Source: Callorhinchus milii
Lineage: Eukaryota
Direction of reading: 5' to 3'
Assembly: GCF_018977255.1 (NCBI RefSeq)
Contig: NW_024704749.1
Coordinates: 3,038,001 to 3,102,000 of the forward strand
Length of the DNA: 64,000 nt
The stretch's first letter is position 1, and every line of letters begins with the position of its first letter. The notes under the pieces were generated by a model. That model ran no database searches. It saw only the letters and a program-made list of their open reading frames with translations, and had not been told where the DNA came from. The position numbers and the translations under genes were made by a program. Shown piece by piece: positions 1-10,780 of this stretch.

Positions 1-280
1 CACTTTCCACCTTAACTGCTCAGAGATTCTCAAAGAAGCTTAGGGTTCTCGTGCTTCTTACTTCAGATTGTCCGAATTCCACATAAAGTGTTCACCATTG
101 CAAAAATATAGGCCAGCTGCAAATATTACAGGAACAGTGTCAAACAGAATTGAACTGAGGGCAAGGCACGGACAGATACATATTTATACTGTAGAATCTT
201 TAAAGTAGAATCAGATCAAAATAGTTATCGAAAAATCGAAACCCCCAGGTGCAAGTTATATAATGTCAAAAATCACTAAC

Positions 281-593
281 TTCTCGAACTCAACTTGATT
301 ACCGAACAAGAAGTTATATGCAATGCGGCCATACTGGTTACCACAGTAGTAATCGGTGGCATCCTCCGGTTGCACACCACTGATGGTTAAAGTGCATAGA
401 GGATTCCACAGAACCAGTGAATCGAACAGGAATGCCTTCAGCTATGCTTATGTTCTCATGCCAAAGAAACACCTGGGAGCTGCCAGGCTTCTGCTGGCAC
501 CAACATGTCCAATAATTGCCCGCCCTCCTGGCTCAAGACACGGACATGGTTGATCTTGATGGCATTTCCCGGGCCGGTTGAGTCAGGGTAACA
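281..593 (-). pseudogene. Ig lambda-like (type II) germline-joined VJ pseudogene (cluster 0); its C exon would lie before the window start
   Basis: Reverse strand reads VTLTQP...W(C)QQKPGS...RFTGSV...DYYCGNQYGRIAYNFLFGN. It has deletions in FR1 and FR3, an approximately 5-nt deletion in J, and donor GTTAGT at 280. Homology stops at about 593, where CR1 sequence begins; no leader or promoter octamer is present. Confidence 0.9.
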
Positions 594-594
594 T

Positions 595-800
595 GTTAAC
601 TGTTTCTTTTAAAAGCTGTTTTAAATCCGTGTCCTCAGGTTACCACCCGCCTGCCAGTGAATATACTTTCTCCTTGTTCACCCCATCAAATCCTCTCATG
701 ACTTTGAAAACATCTATGAAGTCTCCTGTTCACCTTCTGTGCTCCAAAGGAAATAATCCTATCTTCTCCAGCCTCTCCTCATAACTGAGATTGATTCCTT
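595..800 (-). mobile_element. CR1-clade LINE 3' RT fragment
   Basis: Reverse translation resembles the CR1 ORF2 C-terminus (SYEERLEKIGLFPLEHRR...DVFKVMRGFDGVNKEK) and contains stops. Confidence 0.75.
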
Positions 801-1169
801 GGCAATGCCAAACGTTGGACAAGTTTTCAAGATTTGGTCACTCAATCCACATCTTTCTGGAGGACACTGCAGTGTGCCATTGACTGCCAAGTTTCGCCCA
901 CAAAATATACTGACAATTAACTTCACAGTATATTTTGTGTAGAGCTTTGAGACATCGTGAACGCATGCACTATAATAAATGCAAGGAACTTTTTNACTAA
1001 TATTAATCACAACCCTCAATTATTTACAGAACGTCTTATTCCATTAATTATAAATATTTGTCATTGCTTTGCAGCGTATGAATCCTGCAACACCTCTTGT
1101 CCAGGGTCACATGGAATTACATGGCTGTGGCGCTTGTTCCAATGTTGGATGATCATCCATAAGAACGTA

Positions 1170-1500
1170 ACAAAATGCTTACCCGGCTCCATTTGCTCGC
1201 CAAAATGCAAAATCCTCAAACTGGTCTTCAAAGCCCTTTGCGGTTATGCTCCTCCCTATATCTGTTTCCTTCTACGGGTCCGCATCTTCCGCTCAGCGGG
1301 CACTGGTCTACTCCATGTCTCCTTATCGACGCACAACATTATCGATCGTGAGGCCTTCAATTTCTCTGCCCCATCATTTGGAAATACATCACACATCCCT
1401 CACTTCCCTCCTTCGAGGCACGTCTGAATACCTTCCTCTTCAACCGCATTTTGGGTCAATCTCCTCTCCCATCCCTCACTGCTTCCTCCTCTACTGATTA
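1170..1500 (+). mobile_element. Degenerate L2-clade LINE 3' fragment
   Basis: KILKLVFKALCGYAPPYI in ORF 957..1427 matches the L2 RT C-terminal motif seen in the other L2 copies in this window. Confidence 0.65.
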
Positions 1501-2294
1501 CATTCTGCGACTCTGGTCCAAATCCCTGACGGGCCTGCACCTTGGAACTTCCTCCCTGGATGAGAATTCTTAAACAAATGTCATCTGTTCTTGTTAGATC
1601 CAGAATACGAGCTCAATTCCCACTTCCTGAAGATAAAAGAACTCTAGAGACGATATAAAAGGTGAAAAGCTCAGTTGATCCTCAAGCAGGGAGGACAGCA
1701 ACACACTTAGAGACAGGTGCATGTGACACTATTGATGTAGTGTTTGCACTGTCTGTAATACAGAATGCCAGCGCTACAAGTGATTCATGCTCTGGTTAAT
1801 TTGTCATTTCTACCACCAAATATTTTGTGAATCAGTTCGATATCGTCACAGGAATAAGTACGGTGATCCGATCTCATCCTCCACCTACCTTTTACTTTGT
1901 CTTTTGTTTCTTCCAACCGAAATATCAGGTATAACCTGCAGTGTTTGGAAAGGTCTGCAATTTCGTAAATGTTTGTCTTTTAATCTTGGAAAAGAATCTC
2001 ATGATAGAGATGTTTCATTGAAATTTGGACTCGCCATACTTGAATAAACTGCAATGAATTGCAGAGTCCTCCATGCTTCCCTTTTACTGTATTATACTGG
2101 AGTTTTCCTGATAAAACATTAAAAGCTGGAAATCTATATTTTCTTACAGGGAAGAGAAATGTGATGGATCCAAACACAAACATTCAATTCTGATCTTGCA
2201 GCCTCTTCGTCATAGCTATAATGTGATGTGATATGGAACGGGAAATGTAAAAGCAAACTTATGTTACTCAATCTGCTGAACGAAGAGCGAATAG

Positions 2295-3055
2295 TAGAGC
2301 GGATTATTTTTTAGAAGGGGAGAGATTAGAATGTGTTAGCGTCCAGAGGGACTTCGGTGTCCTTGTACACTAATCACAGAAAGTTAGTCTGCAGGTGCAG
2401 TAAGTAATTAGGAAGGCAAACGGTATGTTAGCATTCATTATGAAAGGATTAGAATATAAAAGTAGGGAAGTCTTGCTGCAACTGTATAGGGCCCTGGTGA
2501 GACCACACCTGGAATACTGTGTCCAGTTTTGGTCTCTTCATTTAAGGAAGAACTTACTTGCCTTGGAGGGGGTGCAGCGTAGATTTACTTGGTTAGTACC
2601 AGGGATGAAGGGGTTGAGTTACGAGTATAAGCTGACCAATTTGGGCCTATATTCTCTGGAATATAGAAGAATTAGAGGGGATCTTTTAGAAACCTATAAG
2701 ATCATCAAAGTGCATGATAGAGTAGACAGTGGGAGATTGTTTCCGCTGGTTGGAGAAACTAAAACCAGGGGTCACAACCTTAAAATCAGAGGCCAGCCCT
2801 GTCGCACTGAGTTGAGGAAGAGCTTCTTCACTCAAAGGGTGGTGAATGTATGGAACTCGCTACCCCAAAGGGCTGTTGACGCTCAGTCCTGGAACATATT
2901 CAAGACTGAGACAGATAGATTTCTTATTGAAAAAGGGACTAAGAGATATGGGAATAAGGCAGGGTTATGTTATTAGCTGGAGTTAGAGTAGACGATCAGC
3001 CATGATTGAATGGCGGGGCAGGCTCGAAGGGCCGAATGGCCTACTCCTTCTCCGA
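2295..3055 (+). mobile_element. 5'-truncated CR1-clade LINE (RT C-terminus plus 3' UTR)
   Basis: ORF 2425..2976 (LYRALVRPHLEYCVQFWS...LEGVQRRFT...WNSLPQRAV) is a typical CR1 ORF2 C-terminus. It is followed by the 3' tail GATCAGCCATGATTGAATGGCGGGGCAGGCTCGAAGGGCCGAATGGCCTACTCC and a microsatellite. Confidence 0.92.
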
Positions 3056-3056
3056 C

Positions 3057-3125
3057 ATGTTATGCTATGCTATGCTATGCTATGCTATGCTATGCTATGT
3101 TATGTTATGTTATGTTATGTTATGT
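3057..3125 (+). repeat. (ATGCT)n/(ATGTT)n pentanucleotide microsatellite at the CR1 3' end
   Basis: Directly visible. Confidence 0.95.
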
Positions 3126-3148
3126 CATTTCTACATTTCTGATACCAA

Positions 3149-3990
3149 TAACAACAACAACAACCTTCAATTATATAGCGTCCTCCACGCTGGACGGCAT
3201 CTCTGAGAGCTTTACACAAACAGATCCCGGGACCAAGCCAGGGGGAGGGGGGGGAATGTGACCAAAGGCGCGGTCAAAAAGAAAGGTCTTCAGCAGAGAC
3301 CTGAAAATGGGAAGGGAGGGAACGAGATGAAGGGAGTGAGGAAGGCAGTTCCAGAGCCTCTGCGCATAATGGCTGAAGGCCCGGCCGCCGAGGGTGGAGA
3401 GGAGGACTCAGGGGACGATTAGAAGGCCAGACACGGAGGAACAAATGCAACGGGTACTGTTTTGAGGAGAGAGGAAGTCAGAGAGGTCAAGGGGTGCAGA
3501 GGAGTGCAGCAACTTGAATACAAGGGTGAGGATCTTGAAATCGATCCTCTCTGGGATAGGCAGCCAGTGCAGTCTGGCAAGCACAAGGTTGATCGGGGAG
3601 CAGAGTTTTGTGTTGGTGAGAATGCTGGCGGTAGTGTTTGGAATGATTTGGATTTTGATGGATGGTATTTGATGGGAGAGCGGCAAGGAGGGCATTAGAG
3701 TAGTCCAGCCGAGAGGTGACAAAGACATGGACTCGGGTTTCAGCGGCTTTTGGGTAGAGGTATTGGCGGAGATGGGCATTGCGTCGGAGGCGGAAGAAAG
3801 CAGGGTTGGTGAGGGAACGGATGTGGGAGAGGAAGGATAATTGGGGGTCGAACCTAATGCCAAGGTTGCGTACGGGTTCAGAGATTTTAGGTGGAGGTCG
3901 GGTAGGTGGAGGAGGTGAGAGCCATGAGATTTTAGATGTTGACGAGAGCCAAATGACTTGCAAATGCACAGAAACATAGCAGCGTTCATT
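3149..3990 (-). mobile_element. L2-clade LINE 3' fragment
   Basis: Reverse ORFs 3487..3969 and 3408..3989 contain VRNLGIRFDPQLSF, FVTSRLDYSNALLA and RLHWLPIPERIDFKILTLVFK; (TTG)n tail near 3150. Confidence 0.85.
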
Positions 3991-4059
3991 TTAAAAACTA
4001 ACTACAGTACTCCTACATAATGTGTTCTATACTATTAAAAGAAATGTATAATGATAATA

Positions 4060-5200
4060 ACAACAACAGCTATGTTACATTTTTATAGTGACATTCATCT
4101 CAGGAGGTCGTCCCACCGTCCTGGACAATTAGCTTATGGATCCAAGCTGCTGGGGTTGGTATTGGTGCACGAGGAATGCATTGTTAAAAGGATGGTGATC
4201 AAAGGCACAGTAAAAGAGGAGAGTTTTGAGACGGTCTTGGAGTAAACAAGGCAGGGGCCTAGGCAGGTGGCCTGCGGCATTTAGTACCAATGGGTGGGGT
4301 AGATGGCTGAAGGCACAGTCGGAAAATGTGGGGCGGGTGAGGTAGCGGATATGAAGCAGGCTGGAGCCCAGATGTAACAAGTTGATAGGGGTTTGGATGG
4401 CACAAAGGTAGTCGGAAGTAAGGCCATGGCGAGCAATAAAGGCGGTGACCAGGATTTTGAACCGTATCCAATAGTTACAGTATCCTGTATCCTATAGTGT
4501 GATGGGAAGCCAATCGAGTCAGGCAAAGAAGGGAGGTGACAGGATCACGGAGTCTGGTGTGGATTAGGACACAGGCTGCAGCATTCAGGATGTTCTTCAG
4601 CCTACAGAGGGAAGCATTGTGGAGGCCAAGAAACAGAGAAATTGCATTGTGAAAGGATGTTATGAATGCGTGTATGAGGGTTTCAGCGGCCTGCAGTTTG
4701 AAAGAGTGGTGGAGCCGGGCAATGTTGCGGAGCTGGGGGATGGCAGAACCTGTCATGTCATGGATATAGATTGGATAATACATTGGATAGAGGAGAGCAT
4801 TTACTGATGACGCACTGGATATAGTGTATATACTTTATTCCTAACCAATATGGCAGACAATTTGGGTGCAGCAGAGTCTCACAAACAACAACAAAATCAA
4901 CAACAAGATTACGTCTGTATAGCACCTTTCAAGTTGGGAGGACATCCCAAGGCACTGGACAGAGTGCAGCATTTCAGACCCGAGCTGGGGTCGGGAGGGG
5001 AAGGGAGTGGGGAGGAAGGGGGGGTGGTCAATGGCATGGTCGAAGAGCAGGATCTTGAGGTGGGACTTGAAGGAGACTAAGGAGGGGGCAAGTCAGAGTG
5101 ACTTGGGGAAGGAATTCCAGAGGTTGGGGGAAGAGTGGATGAAAGCTCAACCACCAATTGAGGGACAGGTGGGTTGGGGGACGTGGAGCCGGCCAGAGCC
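4060..5200 (-). mobile_element. Two further degenerate L2 3' fragments (about 4060-4760 and about 4890-5200)
   Basis: LRNIARLHHS...AAETLIHAFITS in ORF 4475..4783; tail-like (TTG)n/TATAG motifs near 4060 and 4890. Confidence 0.7.
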
Positions 5201-6887
5201 AACTGAAAACAAAAAAAAAGCTGAAAACAGTCATGTAATGAATGATAATTTTTAATTAGCGAGTTACCGGACAGGAGACCAGTAGAAGTTCTTTTCTCTT
5301 TTTGCAGTGATATTGGATCTTTACTGTCCACCATGAATAGGCAATCGGCATGCCACTGACAGCAACGCAACTTATCCCCATCATTGCATTGCAGCGTCAC
5401 CCTAGACAGTAGGAATTGAAAGGCCTAATGTGGGACTTGAACCCACAATCTGCAACATAACAAACTAGAATGCTGCCAACTGTGCAATGCTGACATGTCA
5501 CGCTGACAAATACGAAGAAGTGCTAGATTTCCTCATGTCGAAGATCGAATATATCACTTCCCTGCAACCTCCTCCCTTGCATCTCCTTCCGCATCCCCCG
5601 AACCGCCTACTGCACCCCTCCTGACACCATGGCCCCTTCAGGTTTCTATTGCATTCAATGTTCCTGTCTTGATTAAGCTTAATGTGCTATACTGCTGAAG
5701 TATTTGCATATCAAATTTAATTGACATGGAAATAATTCAGCAGAATGGCCCAGCTGCAAAAATATTTCCTTATTAATTCTAAGTGATATTTCCAAGAAAA
5801 TATGTTGATTAAGATTAAAATTGTTGTTGATAAAGTTTCATTGGTAACTGTTCGTAAATGTTTGTGTTAAAATGTGTGAGTGTGGCCTTTGTCATGTGTT
5901 AGAACAACAATAAAAATAATCTGTCTTTGGCAATCAGCCAAGGAGTGGGATGGGCCAAGATGTTTTTTCATTGACGCATTCATTTGGGGCTTCTCTCGAA
6001 ATTTAATGAATAGCGTTTTTCTCGTGGGACTTTGTTCTCACAAATTAGACAAATAGTATGCAATTGGTATATTTTGATAAAATATCGATTGGTATCGACC
6101 AAACATACCTACAGATGTATTAGATTGGATTAATCAAGTGGAACTTGGAGAAGAAGCCCAGGCTTCCGAGTTCGACTTTAGTAATCCAATCTTTAACATT
6201 ATATTGAATAAAGACATTCATGATTACATAAATAATATTTAACAATGTTGTAGTTTGTATTAAAAGGGGAAGAGATAAATGCGACACAAATGCAACTTTG
6301 ATCGTTGATACAGCGACACCTACTGATGTTAATCAATCAGACAAGACGTTGTCAGGCGGAGGTTGGAAGTAAGTGTTTCTTAACAACAGATTTACGGGAC
6401 AAAATCCACCAGTTTGTCAATAATATTTAAAATTGCGCAGATTTGCGGAAATGCTTCCATTTCAACCTGAATTCGGAAGGTTTTTTTTAAGAACTACAAA
6501 AGAGCGATTTACAAATTAATACCCAATTCAAGGTCCCCCCGCTCCTCCCTCCGAGTCCAGACAATATTACAGTTTAAGATCAAACCATCTTACAGGCTGA
6601 GACGAGGTGGGATTTTGAACCTTCGAAGCCCCGGAGAGCACAACACAGAATGACTCCGACTGTTGGGGAATGTTCTGCTCCTGTGCCATTGTTGCTATGA
6701 TTGACAACTACTGTAATATTTCCTCCGGTAAGACAACGTGTCTGTAAACCAAATCCATAAAATGTCGCTATTTTATATTAAAACATGTCCAGAATAATAC
6801 AAATCAGATTAAAATCTCATGATTTGATGAATTGAAAAGGAAATCTGGGAGAAAATGAGCGACTCACAGAGGCCAATGCAGAGACAG

Positions 6888-6893
6888 TTTATT
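6888..6893 (-). terminator. Poly(A) signal of cluster 1; paralogues AATAAA at 17109-17114, 30013-30018 and 54491-54496, and variant ATTAAA at 41171-41176
   Basis: AATAAA on the minus strand about 210-310 nt after each C stop codon, in a conserved context. Confidence 0.75.
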
Positions 6894-7105
6894 ATTGATC
6901 GATATTTCTGTAATACGACACAAGGAGAACACATATAATTGTATCTAAAGTTTCCAGCAAACCGTACAAACTGTGTATGGATTGTTATCTCTTTGCGAAA
7001 TTTATAGCAAAATGAACATAATCGACAACATATTACAAAACACAATTATTATTATTAAAGGTAGATTGACAATAGTACATTCGATTATCGGTGCACATTC
7101 CTGGT

Positions 7106-7428
7106 TTAGGTACAACTGGATCTGGCGATGCTTTTCTCGAGCGGAGTGGCCAGAGTCTGGTGTTTGACCACACAGGAATACAGGTCGTGTGACTCCCACT
7201 CGGAGGTTGGCAGAGTCAGATAACTGCTCACACTGTACGTGTTGTCCGCCTGCTGTTTGATCGCACTCGTTTCAACACCTTGACTTCTGGCACTGCCATC
7301 CACAGTCCACTCGACCTCCACAGCTCCCGGGATAAAATCATTCACCAGACACACCAGGGTCGCCTTGCTCTTTGCTGTGATTTGATCTGGTGAAGGCGGA
7401 AGGACAGTCACCGAAGGGCCCCGTGGGT
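7106..7428 (-). CDS. IGLC: Ig lambda-like light chain C exon, cluster 1
   Basis: Acceptor ttccttccAG at 7430-7429. Translation (N)PRGPSVTVLPPS...ATLVCLV...WTVDG...YSCVVKH...RSSCT* is a C1-set domain with both Cys, the Trp and the penultimate inter-chain Cys. Phase matches the J donor. Confidence 0.97.
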
Positions 7429-9103
7429 CTGGAAGGAAAAAATAATACTCAGATCATGTCCAGTACATGATAAATTAAATAGTTGAATTTTTAAAACATC
7501 TTTAAATGTGCAATCTTCCTGTTCAAATGCATGACACAACTTCAAGATCGCAAATAAATACAATACAGTATTTCACATTCGTGGTTAAGGGGAAACCATT
7601 TTCTTGTCTATTGGCGGTACTATTCAATTGTGACAAAGTCTAACTATATCAAGGGAACAATCAGTGTTGGGGCCACGGCTGCTCGACAAATGTCTGGGGG
7701 TTGTTCATCATAAACCCTTCATTATTGTAGTCTGTATAGTTGACTGATGAGCGGTTAAATGCGGACCACACGTTGAAATATTCCTGTGTGGAAGAAATGA
7801 AACACTACAGTCATCAGAAATAACACCAGACACTATATATCCCGTCACAGGGAATATGTGGCGGGAACACCGGATTGAAAGTGCAGTGAAACATTATTGT
7901 TAATTCTATCCATTGTATCTCTTCACAGAGGAGAGAATGTGCCTCAAATGGATATAAATATCTGGCTGTGTTTGCAACTGAACACCCATTCCAATCCATT
8001 CTGTGTAAATGTAAACACGCGTTGTTCGGCTTTAAATCCAATTTTGCACAATCTAACTTTCCTTGAGAAGGCAGATGCTAATCTTTGAGCTATGAATGGA
8101 GGTCGTTTGTTACTGATACATCAAAATGTTATTATTGATCAATACAACCAGAATACTAGTAATTCTCAAGATCAAGTTGAATCTTTTTGGAGCGACTGTG
8201 ACATACGGATAAGAATTACAGCCAAATGCTTTCAACCAACTATATATACGCAGTTCCATCAATGATGTTTTGGATGCAACGGCAGCAGATAGTAAGAGCA
8301 TGAAAATCTGAATATAATAAATATTTCCCTTTTCACCAAATACTGTACACAGAAAATCAATTCAGGAACACAATAAGATTCCAATATTTCAAGTAACTTC
8401 ACAAGTTTTCATAATATTTTAGTTGGGACTGTATTTGCTGAATTTATTTCTTAATTAATAGCGCACTACAGCTACAGTTACATAGGTCGAGATCCCCTTA
8501 ACCTCACAATTAATAGGAAACAATCAAGACAATTTCCAAGGAGAAAATATATTTTGTGTTTTGAGCGGATTGAGCCGTTTCTCGGCCTGTGTTTTCATTC
8601 AGCGTTGATTTATATCTGAAAAATCACAGCAACGTGTGATGGAACATATGCTTTCCCTTGCAATTCTGCTCCACTTAGTGACACGAAACGCGGAATTGGG
8701 AGAAAATGAAATATTTTAAGAAATCTGAAAGGAAATCTGCGGAAAAATGTTAAAATCGAAGCGCTTATTAAGGGGGGAATAGCATTTCCACGTCATACTA
8801 CACCTTTCAGACGTTTTACCGTTGCTGGTTTTCTGCACTATCCGTCCAAATACTTCATAGATTCTCAGTTAAACTTAAAGTTCGCATGTATGATTCTTCA
8901 AAATACCCGATTTCCACATAAAACGCATATAATTGCGAAGATTATGGCAGGATGCAAATATTACCAGAACAGTGCGAAACAGAATCGAACACAGATATAC
9001 ATACATTTATATTGTGGAATCTTTGAAGGAGAACCAGATCAAAATAATTATCGGAAAGTCGAAACAACCATAAGCAAAGTGTGCAATGTCAAAGATGACT
9101 TAC

Positions 9104-9445
9104 TTTTCAAACTCAGCTTGGTCCCTTCACCAAAGAGGAACTTCCAATTTTTATCCGCACCACAGTAGTAATCGGCAGCGTCCTCCGGTTGCACAGCGCT
9201 GATGGTTAAATGCATGGCGTTGCTCCCTGAATCCACAGAACCAGTGAATCGATCAGGGATTCCCTGACCTGTGGTGCCGCTTTGATACCAAACAAACAGA
9301 GGGGCGCCGTCAGGCTTCTGCTGGTACCAGCTCACATGGTGACTGCCGATACTATCTCCGGACATGGTACAGGTGATCTTGATGGTGTTTCCCGGGGAGG
9401 ATGAGATGGTCGGTGGCTGAGTCAGGGTAACAGCTGCGGTTGTGC
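9104..9445 (-). CDS. IGLV: Germline-joined VJ exon, cluster 1 (CDR3 GADKNWKFL)
   Basis: Open frame from AVTLTQPP through C, WYQQKP and DYYC directly into FGEGTKLSLK, with donor GTAAGT at 9103 and no RSS between V and J. The spliced product is 237 aa. Confidence 0.97.
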
Positions 9446-9535
9446 CTGGAGAAATAACAAGTCACGTATAGGTCACATTGTTAAACTGTACAAAGTGAAT
9501 TTAATTCAGAGCAGAGCGGATTCCACAGCGTTTAC

Positions 9536-9584
9536 CATGTAGACACAGGAGCAAAGCGGCCAGAACTCGGAGCCAATTGTCCAT
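9536..9584 (-). CDS. IGLV: Leader exon, cluster 1 (MDNWLRVLAALLLCLH)
   Basis: ATG at 9584, hydrophobic signal peptide, GT donor at 9535, and a 90-nt intron in phase with the VJ exon. Confidence 0.93.
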
Positions 9585-9676
9585 TGTGAACAGGTTAACG
9601 AAGATCAGAGAAATGAGGGATTTTCCAGACAAAATCCACTTTTCTACTTCTCTCTAAACGTCTCCTTAAGAACCAT

Positions 9677-9719
9677 CAGGTGATGTAAGTGCAATTAAAT
9701 TCTCAAATTATGCAAATCA
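9677..9719 (-). promoter_or_regulatory. VL promoter of cluster 1: decamer TGATTTGCAT (octamer 9710-9717) plus E-box CAGGTG (9677-9682)
   Basis: Octamer in the light-chain orientation 126 nt upstream of ATG, the established Ig VL promoter element. Confidence 0.88.
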
Positions 9720-10455
9720 CATTCCAGGTTGCATCGCCCAATGGGAGTCCCTGTTCTGAATATCAGACTGAAGATCATGCAGATTTGAGCCATTTTACTG
9801 CCCATTTTCGAAAAGATATTCCATGCTAATACTGCAAAACATTTCACGCTGAAGACTTTGATTGAATGAAGCTCATTTTCATTTCCAGTATGAAATAGAG
9901 ATTTTTTAAATAGCACAAACTTCAATTATTTACAGAATGGTGGAAAAGTCTTATACTATCAAATATTCAGATATTTCATGGCTTTGCATTAGGTGAATCC
10001 TGCAGGATCTCTTGCTCAGTTTCAAAGGGAATTACTTTGTTGTGGAGATGGTTCCGTGTTGGATAATTTGTAGATGCGAATGTTTCATCGTTTCATTCAG
10101 TTACAGTTTACACAATGACATGCCACACCTGCCCTGATATAGACCTGCACAAAAAGTCACACTTTACAGCTGGTGCGACATTACTCAAACTATATATACG
10201 AATTATAGATTTTTGAGAACATAAATTATTTAAGTCAACTTCAAGCCCCCGCCCTGCTCTCACATTGGGATTCTCTTCACTGCACTGTGCCTCAATGAAG
10301 ATGTGATATGTTTCATAACAGAATAAGAGCTTGATTAACAATCCTTTGATGGTAAAAGAACGTTTCTATCAAGCAACGGCATAACTCTATTGATAACCTA
10401 GCCAGGTGGACAGCTCCGCATATAGAGATAGGTGTTTATGATGTAAGATTGGTAT

Positions 10456-10780
10456 ATGGAGTCCTGTAGCTCAGTGGTTAGAGCACTCGCTTTGCGAGCG
10501 AGAGACCTGAGTTCAATTCCAGGCAGAGGGCGAAACCTTGGGCAAGTTTCCTTACTCCACACAGAGCCTAATAATAATCCCTCCAAAACCAAAAACAATA
10601 ATAAATTGGTCATTTTCAATCTACGACTGTTTGTGGGACATTGCTGTGTGCGATTGGCTGCCGCGTTCGTCCACAAATATACAGTCAATTCACTTTACAG
10701 TATGTTCTGTGAAGCGCTTTGGGACGTCCTCCCGACGTGAAAAGCGCAATATCAAATGCAAGGATTATTATTATTATTAT
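10456..10780 (+). mobile_element. tRNA-Ala-derived SINE, young full-length copy
   Basis: Head GTAGCTCAGTGGTTAGAGC (A box) and GTTCAATTCC (B box), body TGTTTGTGGGACATTGCTGTG...ATTGGCTGCCGCGTT, L2-like tail and (TTA)n. A DeuSINE-like family assignment is inference only. Confidence 0.9.

Noticed and set aside
9161-9167. TACTGTG on the minus strand at the V 3' end, resembling the cryptic heptamer used in VH replacement (also in clusters 0 and 3)
   Set aside because: It is explained by Tyr-Cys-Gly codons, is absent in clusters 2, 4 and 5, and I found no spaced nonamer.
8890-9168. Recurrent plus-strand ORFs MILQN... antisense to J and intron (also 19139, 44569, 57018)
   Set aside because: They recur only because the units are paralogous; lengths and stops vary and there is no domain signature.
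10458-10530. tRNA-Ala(TGC)-like cloverleaf (also at about 37405-37476, 38116-38190 and 55595-55666)
   Set aside because: It is the head of a SINE: it lacks a proper acceptor stem and is always followed by the same body and LINE-like tail.
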